Assembly: GCA_003427395.1 (NCBI GenBank)
Contig: BFEA01000023.1
Coordinates: forward strand, 765,618 to 825,137
Direction: 5' to 3'
DNA length: 59,520 bases
Source of the DNA: Chara braunii
Taxonomy: Eukaryota > Plantae > Charophyceae
The notes beneath the pieces were generated by a model. It worked only from the letters and a program-made list of their open reading frames with translations, made no database searches and was not told where the DNA came from. Each line of letters starts with the position of its first letter. Within the stretch, counting starts at the first letter, position 1. Positions 47,465 to 59,016 of this stretch are shown one piece after another. The translations under genes and the position numbers were made by a program.

Positions 47465-48245
47465 CAGAGTCGACTTGAACAGAGTCAAACCTTAGTTAAC
47501 AGTTGACTGAGCTTCAGGTAACGGTTGACTCGACTTCAGGTGACAGTCGACAGAACTTCAGTTTCTACTGGTAAAAATGGACTTAACTCAAGTTGAGTCT
47601 GATCGGACTCGACTTGGGGTTACCGTAGCTGTTTGACTCAGCTGCAGGTAACAGTTGACGCAACTTCAGTTCGTAATACTCGTAAAGGTAACAATGGACT
47701 CAAGTTGAGTCTGATCTGAATCAACTTCAGGTAACAGTTGACTCAACTTCAGCCTTCCGGTAGGTAACCGTTGACTCAAGTTCAGTTCATACAGTAACAA
47801 TTGACTCAAGTTGAGTCTGATGGGACTCAACTTCAGTTAACAGTTGACTCAACTTCAGTTAACAGCTGAGTCGAGCTGACTCAACCTCAGTTAACAGTTG
47901 ACTCAACTTTAGGTAACAGTAGACTCAACTTTAGTTCCTACAGGTAACAAACAATTGACTGAAGTTGACTGAAGTTGACTGAAGTTGACTGAAGTTGACT
48001 GAAGTTGAGTCTGATGTGACTCGATGAGTCTGGTCAGAGGCAAGTTGAGTCTTTGAGTCTGATTTGACTGGATGAGTCTGATCAGACTCAACTTCAGTTA
48101 GCACAACTTAGCAGTTGACGTAACTTCAGGTAAGACTTGACTCAACTTAGCAGCTGACAGTGAACTCAACTTCAGTTCCTCCAAGAGGTCCACGTAAGTT
48201 GAGGTAACAATCGACTCAAGTTGAGTCCGATCAGACTCAACTTTG
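47465..48245. repeat. Array of GTTGACTCAAC/GTTGAGTC/AACTTCAG motifs in both orientations
   Basis: Dozens of copies, including a perfect tandem run of gaagttgact at 47961..48000. Confidence 0.9.
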
Positions 48246-48715
48246 GCCACTTGCTTCACTCAGCTGTCTGAAATCTTGCACTGCACCGTGCCGGGCATGA
48301 CAGATAGGAGGAGGAGGAGGAGGAGGAGGGGGAGGAGGGAAGAGGAGAATCGGGATAGCAGCCTAGCATGTACAAGATAGACAGCAACCTCTTTTGTTGC
48401 TGTGGCCAGGCCGGCCTGGGCTATGGCCTCTTTCATTTTGGCCAGTTTTTTTTAAAGCACCAGTACACCACATATCGGCCTACGGGTGTCAGCATGAAAC
48501 CCGCACCACTTCTGAGGCCGCCGGTTTTTTTTTTTGGCGGGCCTGGCCGCGCAACGCCTCCGAGTTTTGCTTGTGGCCACAAAAAAATTCTGCAAGGCTG
48601 AGGCCGTGTACTAGCGGTTTAAAGCTAAAACGTTGGTCCTCCTTCTGGAAGGGAGGGCAGCTTCCCAAGGTCAACATAGATTGGTTGTCAGTTAGGTGGG
48701 TATGTGCTGCAGCTC

Positions 48716-51700
48716 TCATTCCACGCTTGCTTGCTTTTCCATCTCTATTCCAGTCGTGTCAGCGATGGCGGCGATGGTTCTCCCAGCTGAAGTAACTTCT
48801 TTACCCGGTTCTACTGCACCAGACGCCAACTGAGTTTCAGGCAAGGCGGCAGCCTGACTTTCTTGTACATTACCAGTATCCGGAGTCAAGGTAGCATTCT
48901 GATCGTCTGGGGGTACATCCGCGTCAGCTGTGGGGGAGAGGATCATTGAAGGTGATCCTTCGGGCCTTTCTACACTACCAGCATCCTGAGTAGCGACTGT
49001 AGCATTCTGATCGTCTGGGGGAACATCCGCCTCGGCTGTGGGGGAGAGGATCGTTGGAGGTGATCCTTGGGGCCTTCCACTAACCGATGGGAACCCGTCC
49101 ATGAGTGGGAGCATTTCCCTCGACTTGGGACGGCGAAGAACGGTTTCGTTGATTCTATCGTCTTTGGCACCTCTCATCTCAGCAATCAATTGCTCCTTCT
49201 TTGCCAGCTCAGCTTTCAAGGTCTGGATTTCCAGTTTCTGGCCGTCCGACTCCTTAATGGCCAACTCAGCTTCGCTGATTGCCGCCTGCATGGCCGCAAG
49301 TTGGGTATCCATCGCCTCTTCGAGGTGAATCCGTGAGGAAGACGTCATGGAGGATGGAGAGAGGGGGGCTGCATTGTCTGCTTTGGATTGCAACTGTGAT
49401 GCCATGCCTATGATTGCCTCTGAAGGAGAGAGTGGCTCCCTATGCCTGGAGGGTGCAGAAACTCGGGACCGGCCCTTGGGAGATGTTACAGGGCCCCCAA
49501 ACTCCTGGAGGTCCTTTGCCCTCTGGGCTGACTGCTTCAGTTGCTTCATCTCTCTCCTCAGTTGATTGATCTCCTTGATGAGAGATACATTCTCCTGAAT
49601 TATCCGGGTGTTGAGCGTTCTATGCACATCCATATCCTTGTCCAGTTTGCGCTTCAATCCATCAACGGTTCGCTCCAAGTACTCTCTCTGTCTGTTGTAC
49701 TCCTGCAGGATGTCGTCGTCGATTACTTTGTGTTTGGGAGCGCGGCTGACGTACTTGTGGTACATGGTCTTGACGGCTTCTTTGAGTGCTCTAGGGTCTT
49801 GGATCAGCTGTGCGGTCTCGTAGAGATCGTGCTCGAAAGTCACGATCTGGCTCGCCGCGTCCGCATGCGCACGTTTGATCCTCGCGACCTCTCGCTGTTG
49901 TCCGTCTAGCTTGAGCTTCAGCTCAGTTATGGTCAGTTCCAGGTTGGCGTTAGCCTTGTGGTATCTCTCCAACTCCTTGTCCATGTCCTTGATCTGCTCC
50001 TTCATCTCCGCGATCTCTTGCTCCCTAGGTTCTATCTGCTTCTTCAGCTCTTTGATCTTGTAATCGAGGACAAACTTGAACTTCTCTAGCTCCTGGTTCT
50101 TCTTCTTGAGGTCGTGGATCCGCTTCTCCTTGTCGCCTATGGTCTCGTCTCTCTCCTTGATCTCCTTCTTGAGGCCACTGATGTCCTTTTCCAAGCTCGC
50201 GATGGTCTGATAGAGTTCCTTCTTCTGCTCAAACAGCTGCTTAATCTCCTCTTTCTGGTCTTCGATGTCCTTCTGCAAAGCGTTGAACTTCTTCTTCATG
50301 ATGCCGTTCTCACCCTTCAGGCGAAGGCCCACTTCTCTCTCTTGGGCAAGCTTGGCCTCGTATCTTTCCTTCAACTCTTCTATCTCCTGATCGGCGTCCT
50401 CCTCCAGCTGCCTGGTCGTCTCCTCATGCTCTCGTACCGCATCTTCCTTATCTTGCTCCACCTTCTCCAGGGCGGTATGCTCCTCCCCCAGCTTCGACTC
50501 GTACTCCTCTGTCAGCTCCTGGATTACCTGCTCATGGGTCTCCACCAGCAACGCATTCTGTTCGTCCCATTTCTGATTGAGCTGCTCCTTCTCCTGCATG
50601 AGGGCTTGATATCTCTCCACCTCCGCCATGATCTTCTGCTGGTATGAGCCTTCCATGCTGGCCATTTGCTGGGCATACTTCTCCCTCTCTTGCTTTATCT
50701 TCTCCTCATATTCCATCTCCTGCTCGGTCTTCGTCTGCAGCAAAGTCTCGTATCTTGACTTCGCCTGGTCTAGCTCGTGGGTGAACTTATCCGTTATGTC
50801 CTTTATCCTTTCATTGAGGTTCAGATCTTTGAGCCGCAGCTGATACTCATTCTGCATGGTCAATTCGTTGACCTGCTGTTCCAGCTCCGTAGTTCGCACC
50901 TTTTTCTCCTCTAGGTCCGACTTTGTCACAAGCACCTCCTCAGCATAGGTGATGGCCTCCTTCTCCCTCTTCGCAATGCTCGAAACGATTCCCTTCTCCT
51001 TGTCACGGACGTCGAACATGAACAGACACCCGTCCTCTCCCGCCACAAAGAGCAAATTGTCGTCGTAACTGAGCCGTATGCGGGACACCGCACTGCAACA
51101 AGACTGCACCTCTTGGAACTCCCCCGTCAAGGGGTATCGATAAGCCCTGACGGTTCCGACCTCGGTACCGGCAAACAGCAGCCGACCATAAGAGGGGAGG
51201 GCGATCTGGGTTAGAACCACCGTAGCATTGTACTGCTTCACCACCTGCGAGTCGTCAATCTCCTTCAGCTTCTTGTCACTTCCAACGGCGAAGACGGAGT
51301 TGGAGTCGTAAGACCCATGCACGCAGGAGTAGCCGCAACCCTTGATGACGTTCTCCGTCTCCCTCTTGCACTCTTTTAGTGTCCATTCATACACAGCTCC
51401 ATCCATGCCCGCAGTGACTAGACCAGTGTCGTCGACCGTCCAGAACACGCTCCGGACCTTCCCGTTATGGCCCCTAAGGTTGCCTACATTCTCACAAGTG
51501 TAGGTGTTAAAGATCTGGATAGTGTTGCTGTGCGCCGCTGCAAAGTACTGCCCTCCATGACTGAACACACACTCCTTGCAGGCCTTGATTCCAAACTCTT
51601 TGTACACCCTCAAGTCCTCCATCAGGATATTGATGAGCCTCAGTTTGTCTGAGAAGCCCACCACAAGATGGAAGCCACTAGGATGCATGGCCACGGAGTG

Positions 51701-53029
51701 GGCCTCTTCGTTGAAGAACCTCAGGAGCTCACAAGTCTTATCAAGATAGTTCCAGATGCGAACGCTCTTGTCGGTGCTGCAGGTCACCACCAATGGCTTT
51801 CGAATGCAAACGTCTAAGCCGGTGATAGCGTCAGAGTGAAAGGCCTGAGCAAGCAGCTCCATGGTGGTGCCGTCGGCTTTGGTGATGTCGCTGGTGGCCA
51901 GAGATAACACAAAAAGCTGGTTGTTTTCCAAGGTGCAGACAATAGTCTCCTCGCTGGGGGAGATGGCAAGGCTGCACACCTTGACGCTGTTGTTCTCGAT
52001 GCTGAAGGATCGAACCCTCTTGTAGGGCCCCTCTTTCTCCCTATCCGTGTCCACCTTCTCGTACATCTCTATCATCCCACTCTCTCTGCCACAAATGAAC
52101 CCTCTGGAGTACCTGACGATGGCCTCCACTATCCCAGCCTCTTCTCCCGCAACAGACCCTATGACGGCCCGGGTTTCTCCCCCTTCCACCAGCAACATCT
52201 CCCCCGTGTCCGTGGCCACAATACACCTCTCTTTCTCCCCCCTCTCTCCCCCATCCACCAGCCACGCATGGCAGGGATACGTCTGCGGGTCCCTCTTTAT
52301 CAGGCTATTAGGGACCTGCTTCAAGGAGAAGTCTGTGGCCTTGAACATCTTCACGAACCCACTGCCAACCACGCTAATCATCGAAGAGTCGCTAGGATTG
52401 AACTGCACTTGGAACACTGTCCCACCCAGCTGATTGGTAGTCCGGGCGGAGCAGGAGAGCTTGCTCTTCTCCCAGATCCAAAGGACCAGGTTCCAGTCGG
52501 GAGCCCCAGCCTGAGCCGCGATGGCGCGACCGTCGGGACTGAAACACAAACTAACGTACTCGTTAGATCCCACGTCGGGACCGGAGAGAACTTTCCTCCT
52601 CTTGAGGGTGTTGATGTCATAGATAGTGATGCTTGGAACTCTGGTCTCAGAGGCGACACCCATCCCGGACACCTTGCTCATATCAGACAGCATGGAAGCA
52701 CGCGATGCAGTACCTGGGCCCCCACCCAACTCACCGCCGCTGGAAACCGCACCCCCAGCAAAAGCGACCGCCGCGGAGGAAGGGGAACCGATGGGCGATG
52801 AGGCACGCTCTGCCACAGCCACTACCTTCCTGTTAGGACTCAGGGCTATGGCTGAAATCCCGTCCGTGTCCGCCGTGCCTGGAATGAACTTCTGCGTCCG
52901 CTGCTCGATGTGGTAGAGGACGGTGTTATGACCCGCTGGATACACGACACTCGTCTCGTCGATGAAGTGGATGTTGTCCCTCACAGACCCCTGCAACCCA
53001 AAAACGTACTTGGGCACTAACGACGCCAT
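48716..53029 (-). CDS. CFAP57: Cilia- and flagella-associated protein 57 (WDR65/FAP57), ~1437 aa, one uninterrupted ORF
   Basis: The N-terminus MASLVPKYVFGLQGSVRDNIHFIDE..YPAGHN..QKFIPG, the WD40 repeats (FHSDAITGLDVCIRKPLVVTCSTDKSVRIWNY) and the coiled coil (LKKKNQELEKFKFVLDYKIKELKKQIEPRE) are characteristic of CFAP57. The first in-frame ATG is at 53029. Confidence 0.93.
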   Translation of the reverse strand: MASLVPKYVFGLQGSVRDNIHFIDETSVVYPAGHNTVLYHIEQRTQKFIPGTADTDGISAIALSPNRKVVAVAERASSPIGSPSSAAVAFAGGAVSSGGELGGGPGTASRASMLSDMSKVSGMGVASETRVPSITIYDINTLKRRKVLSGPDVGSNEYVSLCFSPDGRAIAAQAGAPDWNLVLWIWEKSKLSCSARTTNQLGGTVFQVQFNPSDSSMISVVGSGFVKMFKATDFSLKQVPNSLIKRDPQTYPCHAWLVDGGERGEKERCIVATDTGEMLLVEGGETRAVIGSVAGEEAGIVEAIVRYSRGFICGRESGMIEMYEKVDTDREKEGPYKRVRSFSIENNSVKVCSLAISPSEETIVCTLENNQLFVLSLATSDITKADGTTMELLAQAFHSDAITGLDVCIRKPLVVTCSTDKSVRIWNYLDKTCELLRFFNEEAHSVAMHPSGFHLVVGFSDKLRLINILMEDLRVYKEFGIKACKECVFSHGGQYFAAAHSNTIQIFNTYTCENVGNLRGHNGKVRSVFWTVDDTGLVTAGMDGAVYEWTLKECKRETENVIKGCGYSCVHGSYDSNSVFAVGSDKKLKEIDDSQVVKQYNATVVLTQIALPSYGRLLFAGTEVGTVRAYRYPLTGEFQEVQSCCSAVSRIRLSYDDNLLFVAGEDGCLFMFDVRDKEKGIVSSIAKREKEAITYAEEVLVTKSDLEEKKVRTTELEQQVNELTMQNEYQLRLKDLNLNERIKDITDKFTHELDQAKSRYETLLQTKTEQEMEYEEKIKQEREKYAQQMASMEGSYQQKIMAEVERYQALMQEKEQLNQKWDEQNALLVETHEQVIQELTEEYESKLGEEHTALEKVEQDKEDAVREHEETTRQLEEDADQEIEELKERYEAKLAQEREVGLRLKGENGIMKKKFNALQKDIEDQKEEIKQLFEQKKELYQTIASLEKDISGLKKEIKERDETIGDKEKRIHDLKKKNQELEKFKFVLDYKIKELKKQIEPREQEIAEMKEQIKDMDKELERYHKANANLELTITELKLKLDGQQREVARIKRAHADAASQIVTFEHDLYETAQLIQDPRALKEAVKTMYHKYVSRAPKHKVIDDDILQEYNRQREYLERTVDGLKRKLDKDMDVHRTLNTRIIQENVSLIKEINQLRREMKQLKQSAQRAKDLQEFGGPVTSPKGRSRVSAPSRHREPLSPSEAIIGMASQLQSKADNAAPLSPSSMTSSSRIHLEEAMDTQLAAMQAAISEAELAIKESDGQKLEIQTLKAELAKKEQLIAEMRGAKDDRINETVLRRPKSREMLPLMDGFPSVSGRPQGSPPTILSPTAEADVPPDDQNATVATQDAGSVERPEGSPSMILSPTADADVPPDDQNATLTPDTGNVQESQAAALPETQLASGAVEPGKEVTSAGRTIAAIADTTGIEMEKQASVE

Positions 53030-53156
53030 GGGTATGCAATATCCGAAAACAAAGACGATAAGATGAAGTGGCGACAAGAAAATATAAGCCTATCGCAGGG
53101 CGGACGCAGGCTATAACATACAACTGGACATGCTGCGGCTTCGCTGACAGGATTAG

Positions 53157-53305
<149 letters not shown>

Positions 53306-53696
53306 GGGGGACTCAGCGGGAGCGTGTGTGCGTGTGAATGCGTGCCCCCCGCGCGCTATCGGTGAGTGCGGTGCTGTACGTGTGTGCGGGTGACTGCTTG
53401 GGCCACAAGTGCAGCCACGGACACACTGTCAGGCATTTGGCCGTCCACCCACACATGCATCACACTGCAACAACGCGCAAGGCTGTCTGTGTTGCGTTTG
53501 TGTGTGCGTGTTCCCTTCGAGTGCGGGCCGCGCCCTGGCGATCTACTGCTTGCATTGTCACATCGTCTCCACAATCTTGGTTCTGTGTGCTTCATCATCG
53601 CCTTGCTATCTTGTTTTCTTCACCGATCGAACACAGCGGTAGTCCACGCAGCCATGTGTGGGCTTGCGCGCTGGTGCGTCTGTTTGTCTGACCATT

Positions 53697-53697
<1 letters not shown>

Positions 53698-53752
<55 letters not shown>

Positions 53753-53828
53753 NNNNNNNNNNNNNNNNNNNNNNNNNNNNNNNNNNNNNNNNNNNNNNNN
53801 NNNNNNNNNNNNNNNNNNNNNNNNNNTC

Positions 53829-53870
<42 letters not shown>
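53698..53870. repeat. (CT)n and (GT)n microsatellites around an assembly gap
   Basis: Seen directly. Confidence 0.9.
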
Positions 53871-54027
53871 TGTGCGCGTGCGTGTGTGCGTGTCAACGAG
53901 TGCGCATCCCGCCCGTCGTTGCAGAGTGCTGTGCTCGCGTGTCCTGCCCGGAGGAGTTGGGCGCGCGCTGTGACGGCACGTGCATGTCATGTTCCTGAAA
54001 CGCTGGACTTGGAAAAAAGGAAACGAA

Positions 54028-54140
54028 AAAAAGAAACTTGAGTCAGGCGATGAGCTGGCGTACTGATGGAGTCACGTGAAAGCTAAAAGAAACTTGAGTC
54101 AGGCGATGAGCTGGCATACTGATGGGGTCACGTGAAAGCT
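54028..54140. repeat. ~57 bp tandem duplication
   Basis: aaaagaaacttgagtcaggcgatgagctggc.tactgatgg.gtcacgtgaaagct occurs twice. Confidence 0.85.
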
Positions 54141-54506
54141 CCCTTCAAAAGAAGCATAACCAGGACTTTCCACTTCTCGACTTGAGCGCGGCATCCTTGC
54201 ATGCGCAGGTGCCACATGCTAATCTTCTCTGGATGCGATGCCCGACTACCAGAGTCCTTCATCAGGCTTTCACCGACCGATCAAAACGTGATTGCCTGCG
54301 TCAACGCGTGTGTTTCTCTTGTGCTGTCATGTCCTCTATACACAATGAATACCCATTTCATGGAAAGTGGACATTTTTAGGAAACTGGGTAATTGTTTTA
54401 TGAAGCAATTTATATGCATAAATTCGTAATTTGTTTATTAAAAAGTCAACACTCCATAAGTTATAGAAACTTAAAATTCTCATTTTCGTGCCTGTTTCAT
54501 AAAATT

Positions 54507-54755
54507 GGGAAAATTTTCGAAATGCCCCTAGAACGTTTATTTATTTGCGATTTGCCCCTCGGACGGCCGAGAGACCCTGATTTGCCCCTCTGACAACAAT
54601 CGAACTTTCCAAGAAACCCCTGGCGTCGTTTGGGCCTGAAATATGTCGAAAAATGCCCCTATGGTACCGTTCCCAAATTTCGAATACGCCCCTACCGGAT
54701 AGCCATTGACTATAAAGTTTCCATATGCCCCTACAGGTACTGGGCATCTTTTCAG
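54507..54755 (+). repeat. TGCCCCT-motif-rich segment resembling a Mutator-like transposon end
   Basis: Begins gggaaaattttcgaaatgcccct and has about six (t)gcccct motifs. No matching second end found in the window. Confidence 0.3.
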
Positions 54756-54809
54756 CATGCCCGTTGCCGCCCGTTGCTGCTCGCTGCAGCCGGCTGCCTC
54801 CCCGCCCGA

Positions 54810-54849
<40 letters not shown>

Positions 54850-54879
54850 CTACGGCGCCCGCCCGTTGCCTCCCCGGCC

Positions 54880-54944
<65 letters not shown>

Positions 54945-55015
54945 GAGCCCATGCATTCAAACTCTGAATGTATCTTCCGTATCTGGCGCAGATAATGCAT
55001 CGCACACATGTAGGC

Positions 55016-55068
<53 letters not shown>

Positions 55069-55182
55069 TGTGTCTGGGCGCGTGCGTGTGAGACAGAGAG
55101 AGAGGGCGCCCCGCTGTTGTCTTGCGCTCCGGCCCACTGCCCTCTACTGCCCGCTGCGGCTCCATGTCACCTACTCCGGCTG

Positions 55183-55235
<53 letters not shown>

Positions 55236-55305
55236 NNNNNNNNNNNNNNNNNNNNNNNNNNNNNNNNNNNNNNNNNNNNNNNNNNNNNNNNNNNNNNNNN
55301 NNNNN

Positions 55306-55360
<55 letters not shown>
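54810..55360. repeat. Microsatellite cluster (GT)n, (GA)n, (CT)n, gap and poly-C
   Basis: Seen directly. Confidence 0.9.
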
Positions 55361-55362
<2 letters not shown>

Positions 55363-55979
55363 CAACTCTCCCCCCCGCTTCAGCCCACGCAAATCCGAAT
55401 ACCTGCGGCCTTGGTGCGGAAGGGCATCTCAGAAACATGCATCCCCCGCAGCAAGGAAAAGCAGACAGGCATCAGGGGAATTGGGACGGGGTTGCTATGC
55501 TCGTGCTATGCTCGTGCTATTCTCGTGCTACATTCGTGTTTATGCCCTCTTCTCGTTCTTCTGGCTAGATGCATGCAGTTTGGAGATGCAGTACCGTGTT
55601 CCCCCCAATTGAAGGCTCCATAGTTATCGCTGTATCTAGTCTGAAAGTTGCCCCCAATTCAGGTATAATGACTATACTTTCTATTAGGGGCAGGACGGTT
55701 GTATTAGCAAATGTGTGACGTGACCACGCCCTCCTCACTGAGAGAGAGCAGGCAGCAATTGCTGATAACGAGAATCGAACCCATATCCCCTGCTTGGACG
55801 GCAGACGAAGGATGCCGCCATAGCCATAGCCGGGGAAGCGCATGCACGTCAATCTCGGTTTGACAATAGCACCATACGAGTGGACGTGCACTTTCTATTT
55901 CTTTTCTGTTTTTGTGCGTGTTTTGTACGGAATCTTTTTGCATTGAAAATTCCCACGACACTGGCCTGAATGGCGTCTA

Positions 55980-56190
55980 CCCGTCTTCCCCCGAAGGACG
56001 CGATCCCAACGCAGCCGCATGATGTCTTCCCCCCCCCACCGAACACAACGCACCGTCACCATGCATTGCGTATTCCCCGTCTTCCCCCGAACACAACGCA
56101 CCGTCATCATGTCCTCCCCCCGAACACAACGCACCCTTATCGTCGCTTCCTCCGTCGCTTCCTCCGAACACAGCACACCCCTCATCATGC
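55980..56190. repeat. Four copies of the 'ccgaacacaacgcacc' motif; further direct and inverted copies at 57645..57720
   Basis: Seen directly; the reverse complement catgatgacggtgcgttgtgctcggggg is at ~57690. Confidence 0.7.
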
Positions 56191-57179
56191 CTGTCTTGGA
56201 CTGGAAAGATAGCGCGTACAGATTCAAGATGAGGGTGCGTTATGGTCGGGGGAAGGACGCTAGTCAAGGCAAAGACATGCCCCCCCCCCCAATGGTGGTG
56301 CTTAATAGGAGGGGCAACTTCAGTGGAGTCACAAAAACGAGTTGTAAATTAATTGCAGTATATGGGGCAAGATACAGTCAGCAATTGCAGCTCCGGCACC
56401 CTACGTGGTCAGAAAGCTGGGTTGTATACATTCCCCGAACTGCAATTGCAAACTGTATCTTGGCTCATACTGCAATTATAACTCGTTTTTGTGACTCCCG
56501 CGTAGTTTCCCCTTTCTTGGTTTGTTTTTTCAGTTTTCTCTGTGAAGAATGGTGGTGCTTCTCCTCCGTCAGACCGTCGAGGCTGAACCTCCTGACGAGT
56601 CGGTGCTACCCCGACGAAACCCTGGGTATGTCGAACCCTCTGTGTCCAGCTGGCATAATATGACTTCGTTTCTTCTTCTTCTTCTTCTTCTTCTTCTTCT
56701 TTCTTCTTTTTTAATATGATTTTATCTCTGAGTAAGCTACTATCGTCTTCCGCAGAAGATAGCGCAATCTTTCGCTGCGACTGTATTGGGCCAGAAAGGA
56801 AGCTCGGATGCATTCAGGATGAGGTGAAATGTGTTGTGTTGGGTGGAAGGGGATGAGGAAGTTTATTCTTATCCTTATCTTGTTTGTCTCTATATGCACT
56901 TGATAACGACGATAATGTTTAGGAGACCGAGTAGACGGTTTGTAATGTCAGCTTGATAAGGTGTAGGGGATCGAACCAAGAGCATATTTCTCGTCGAAGC
57001 TACAAGGGGCTAGGTTAGGCCAACAGACAAACACCATAGCCGAAGGCATCAAGCTTTGCGAAGGAGGTTGCAGCACTTACGAGCGCAAGGCTACAAGACT
57101 GTCAGCTCGTCGGCCGTTCTCTGTTGCTTGGACCTAATTAGTCAGAGGCCCCCAAACCTCGACTCTAAAAAGGCCAGCA

Positions 57180-57605
57180 AGGGAGGAGAAGGAGGAGGAG
57201 GGAGGGAGACGAAGAAGAAGGGAGAAAGAAGACGGGAAAGGAAAAGGAGGAGAATGGGGAGGAGAGGAAAAGAAGTAGAGGAAGAGGAGGAGGAGGAGGA
57301 GTGCGAGGACGAGCACCCTCATCATGTCCAGTCAGTCATGGCGCAATTGTTTACCGTAAGAGGACGACGACGAAGAAGAGGAGGGGGAAGGAGGAGGACG
57401 AGGACGAGGACGAGAGGAGGAGGAGGAGGAGGAGGAGGAGGAGGAGGAGGAGGGTAAGGAGGGGAAGGAGGGTAAGGAGGCTGTTCGCCAAGGCGTGATT
57501 GTTTAATGGAGGGAGCACAAGAAGACGCCAACAAAGACGAGGAGGAAGAAGGAGAGGAGGAGGAGGAGGAGGACGAGGAGGACGAGGAGGACGAGGAGGA
57601 GCAGC
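57180..57605. repeat. (GGA)n/purine-rich low-complexity tract
   Basis: Seen directly. Confidence 0.85.
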
Positions 57606-57907
57606 GAACGATCGAGTGAGACGGCGATCATCTTCCATTAACTGTCCCTCGAACACAACGCACCCCCTATCTTGCCGGCCGTATACAGTCATGATGACGG
57701 TGCGTTGTGCTCGGGGGAAACGATAGGCGGTAGAAGACCATCACATTGAAGTTCGATCTGCTGATATATCCCTTGTGCAGTCCGATGCAATGATTATGAG
57801 GGTGAGTTGTATTCGGGGGAAGACGGTTGTCGTCGGTAGGTTGCAGTCCGTAGCGATTGGCAAGGGCTCTTTTTTTTTTTTTTTTTTTTTTTGTTGAAGA
57901 GACTGGG

Positions 57908-59016
57908 TGTTACATCTTCGACGCCACACGGGTCCTACCGGACCCAACTTAGGGCTAGAGGGACACATCAGGGCCTAAAGGCCCAACCTTGGCGTACTAC
58001 AGGCCATAAAGGCCTCACCTTGGACCAGACCCGACGGGCAGGCCCAAACGACATTACCGTTTGGGCGTGGCGGCACTCTTGAGGCTGCCGCCCGCCGGTT
58101 GGGGCTGAACCGTCCATCTGGACGGTTCAGAGCACGGCCAGGCCTCGCAGCAGTGAGGCCGGCCTCTGCCCACCGGTATAAAGAACCGGTCTGGCCTCAC
58201 TTCGAGGCATCGACCTACTGGCAATCTACCGGTACGGTATGGTACAACGCGAGACAGCGCTGGCGCTAAGTTTAGCGCAGGAGCAGCGAGGAGCAGCAGC
58301 GCAGCATTAGCGCAGCAGCGGGCGAGTAGCAGCAGCGGCGACTGGGTGTGCCGGTGGCCATAGCCGCCTGAGGTATCGGGGTTGGAGGCCTCTCTCCTCC
58401 CTCCCCTCGCTAGTCCCCTCTCTCTCTCTCTCTCCTCCTCGGCTCCTTCTTCTGCTCCTTCTTCTTCTTCTTCTTCTTCTTCTTCTTCTTCTTCATCTTC
58501 AGATTCTTCTTCTTCTTCTTCTTCTTCTTCAAGATTGGAGACTTATACTAGTTGGACAGAGATCAGTATTGGACTTCGGTGGTATGAGACTGTGGTACTT
58601 ACCAGATTGGAGACTTGGAGATCGTTGGGGTTGATACTTGGCGACATCACAGTTCGGACACCGATTACATTTGGACTCTGTAGCCCCGACATTGGTGACC
58701 TATGGTCCTCGACATTTTGATCTCGTTGGATGCCATTTTGGACTACCATATCCGTGACCTATCAGATTCTATCTCGGTGACTTTCGGTGCTGTCTACCTC
58801 CCCCACCTCTTCGTCTCTCCTCCCCCATTCATCTGTGTATGTGTGTACGGGGGCTGAGCATCTTCTATGTATGGCTCAGACCCCACCACCGCACGATTGT
58901 ATGTGTGTGGAGTGATGCTATGTGAGTCAGTCCGTTCATCAGACTTCCGCTGCATATATGCTCATCCTACATTGGTTGATCTTTGGTTCTGCCCATACAC
59001 ATTGAAGTATGTAACA
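57908..59016 (+). mobile_element. Solo LTR (1,109 bp) with a 5 bp TSD
   Basis: TGTTACAT...ATGTAACA 8 bp terminal inverted repeat; identical CTGGG flanks at 57903..57907 and 59017..59021; TATAAAG at 58177 followed by a CT/CTT-rich tract. Confidence 0.88.

Noticed and set aside
47465-48245. CRISPR-like array
   Set aside because: No constant-length repeat with unique spacers, mixed orientations, eukaryotic context and no cas genes.
48970-52916. Overlapping and antisense ORFs within CFAP57
   Set aside because: Shadow frames of a GC-rich coding sequence.
53030-53077. ORF-track start at 53077 for CFAP57
   Set aside because: Non-ATG start; homology to orthologs begins at the ATG at 53029.
55306-55360. 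55 nt poly-C run as a G-quadruplex element
   Set aside because: It directly abuts an assembly gap, so its length and reality are unreliable.
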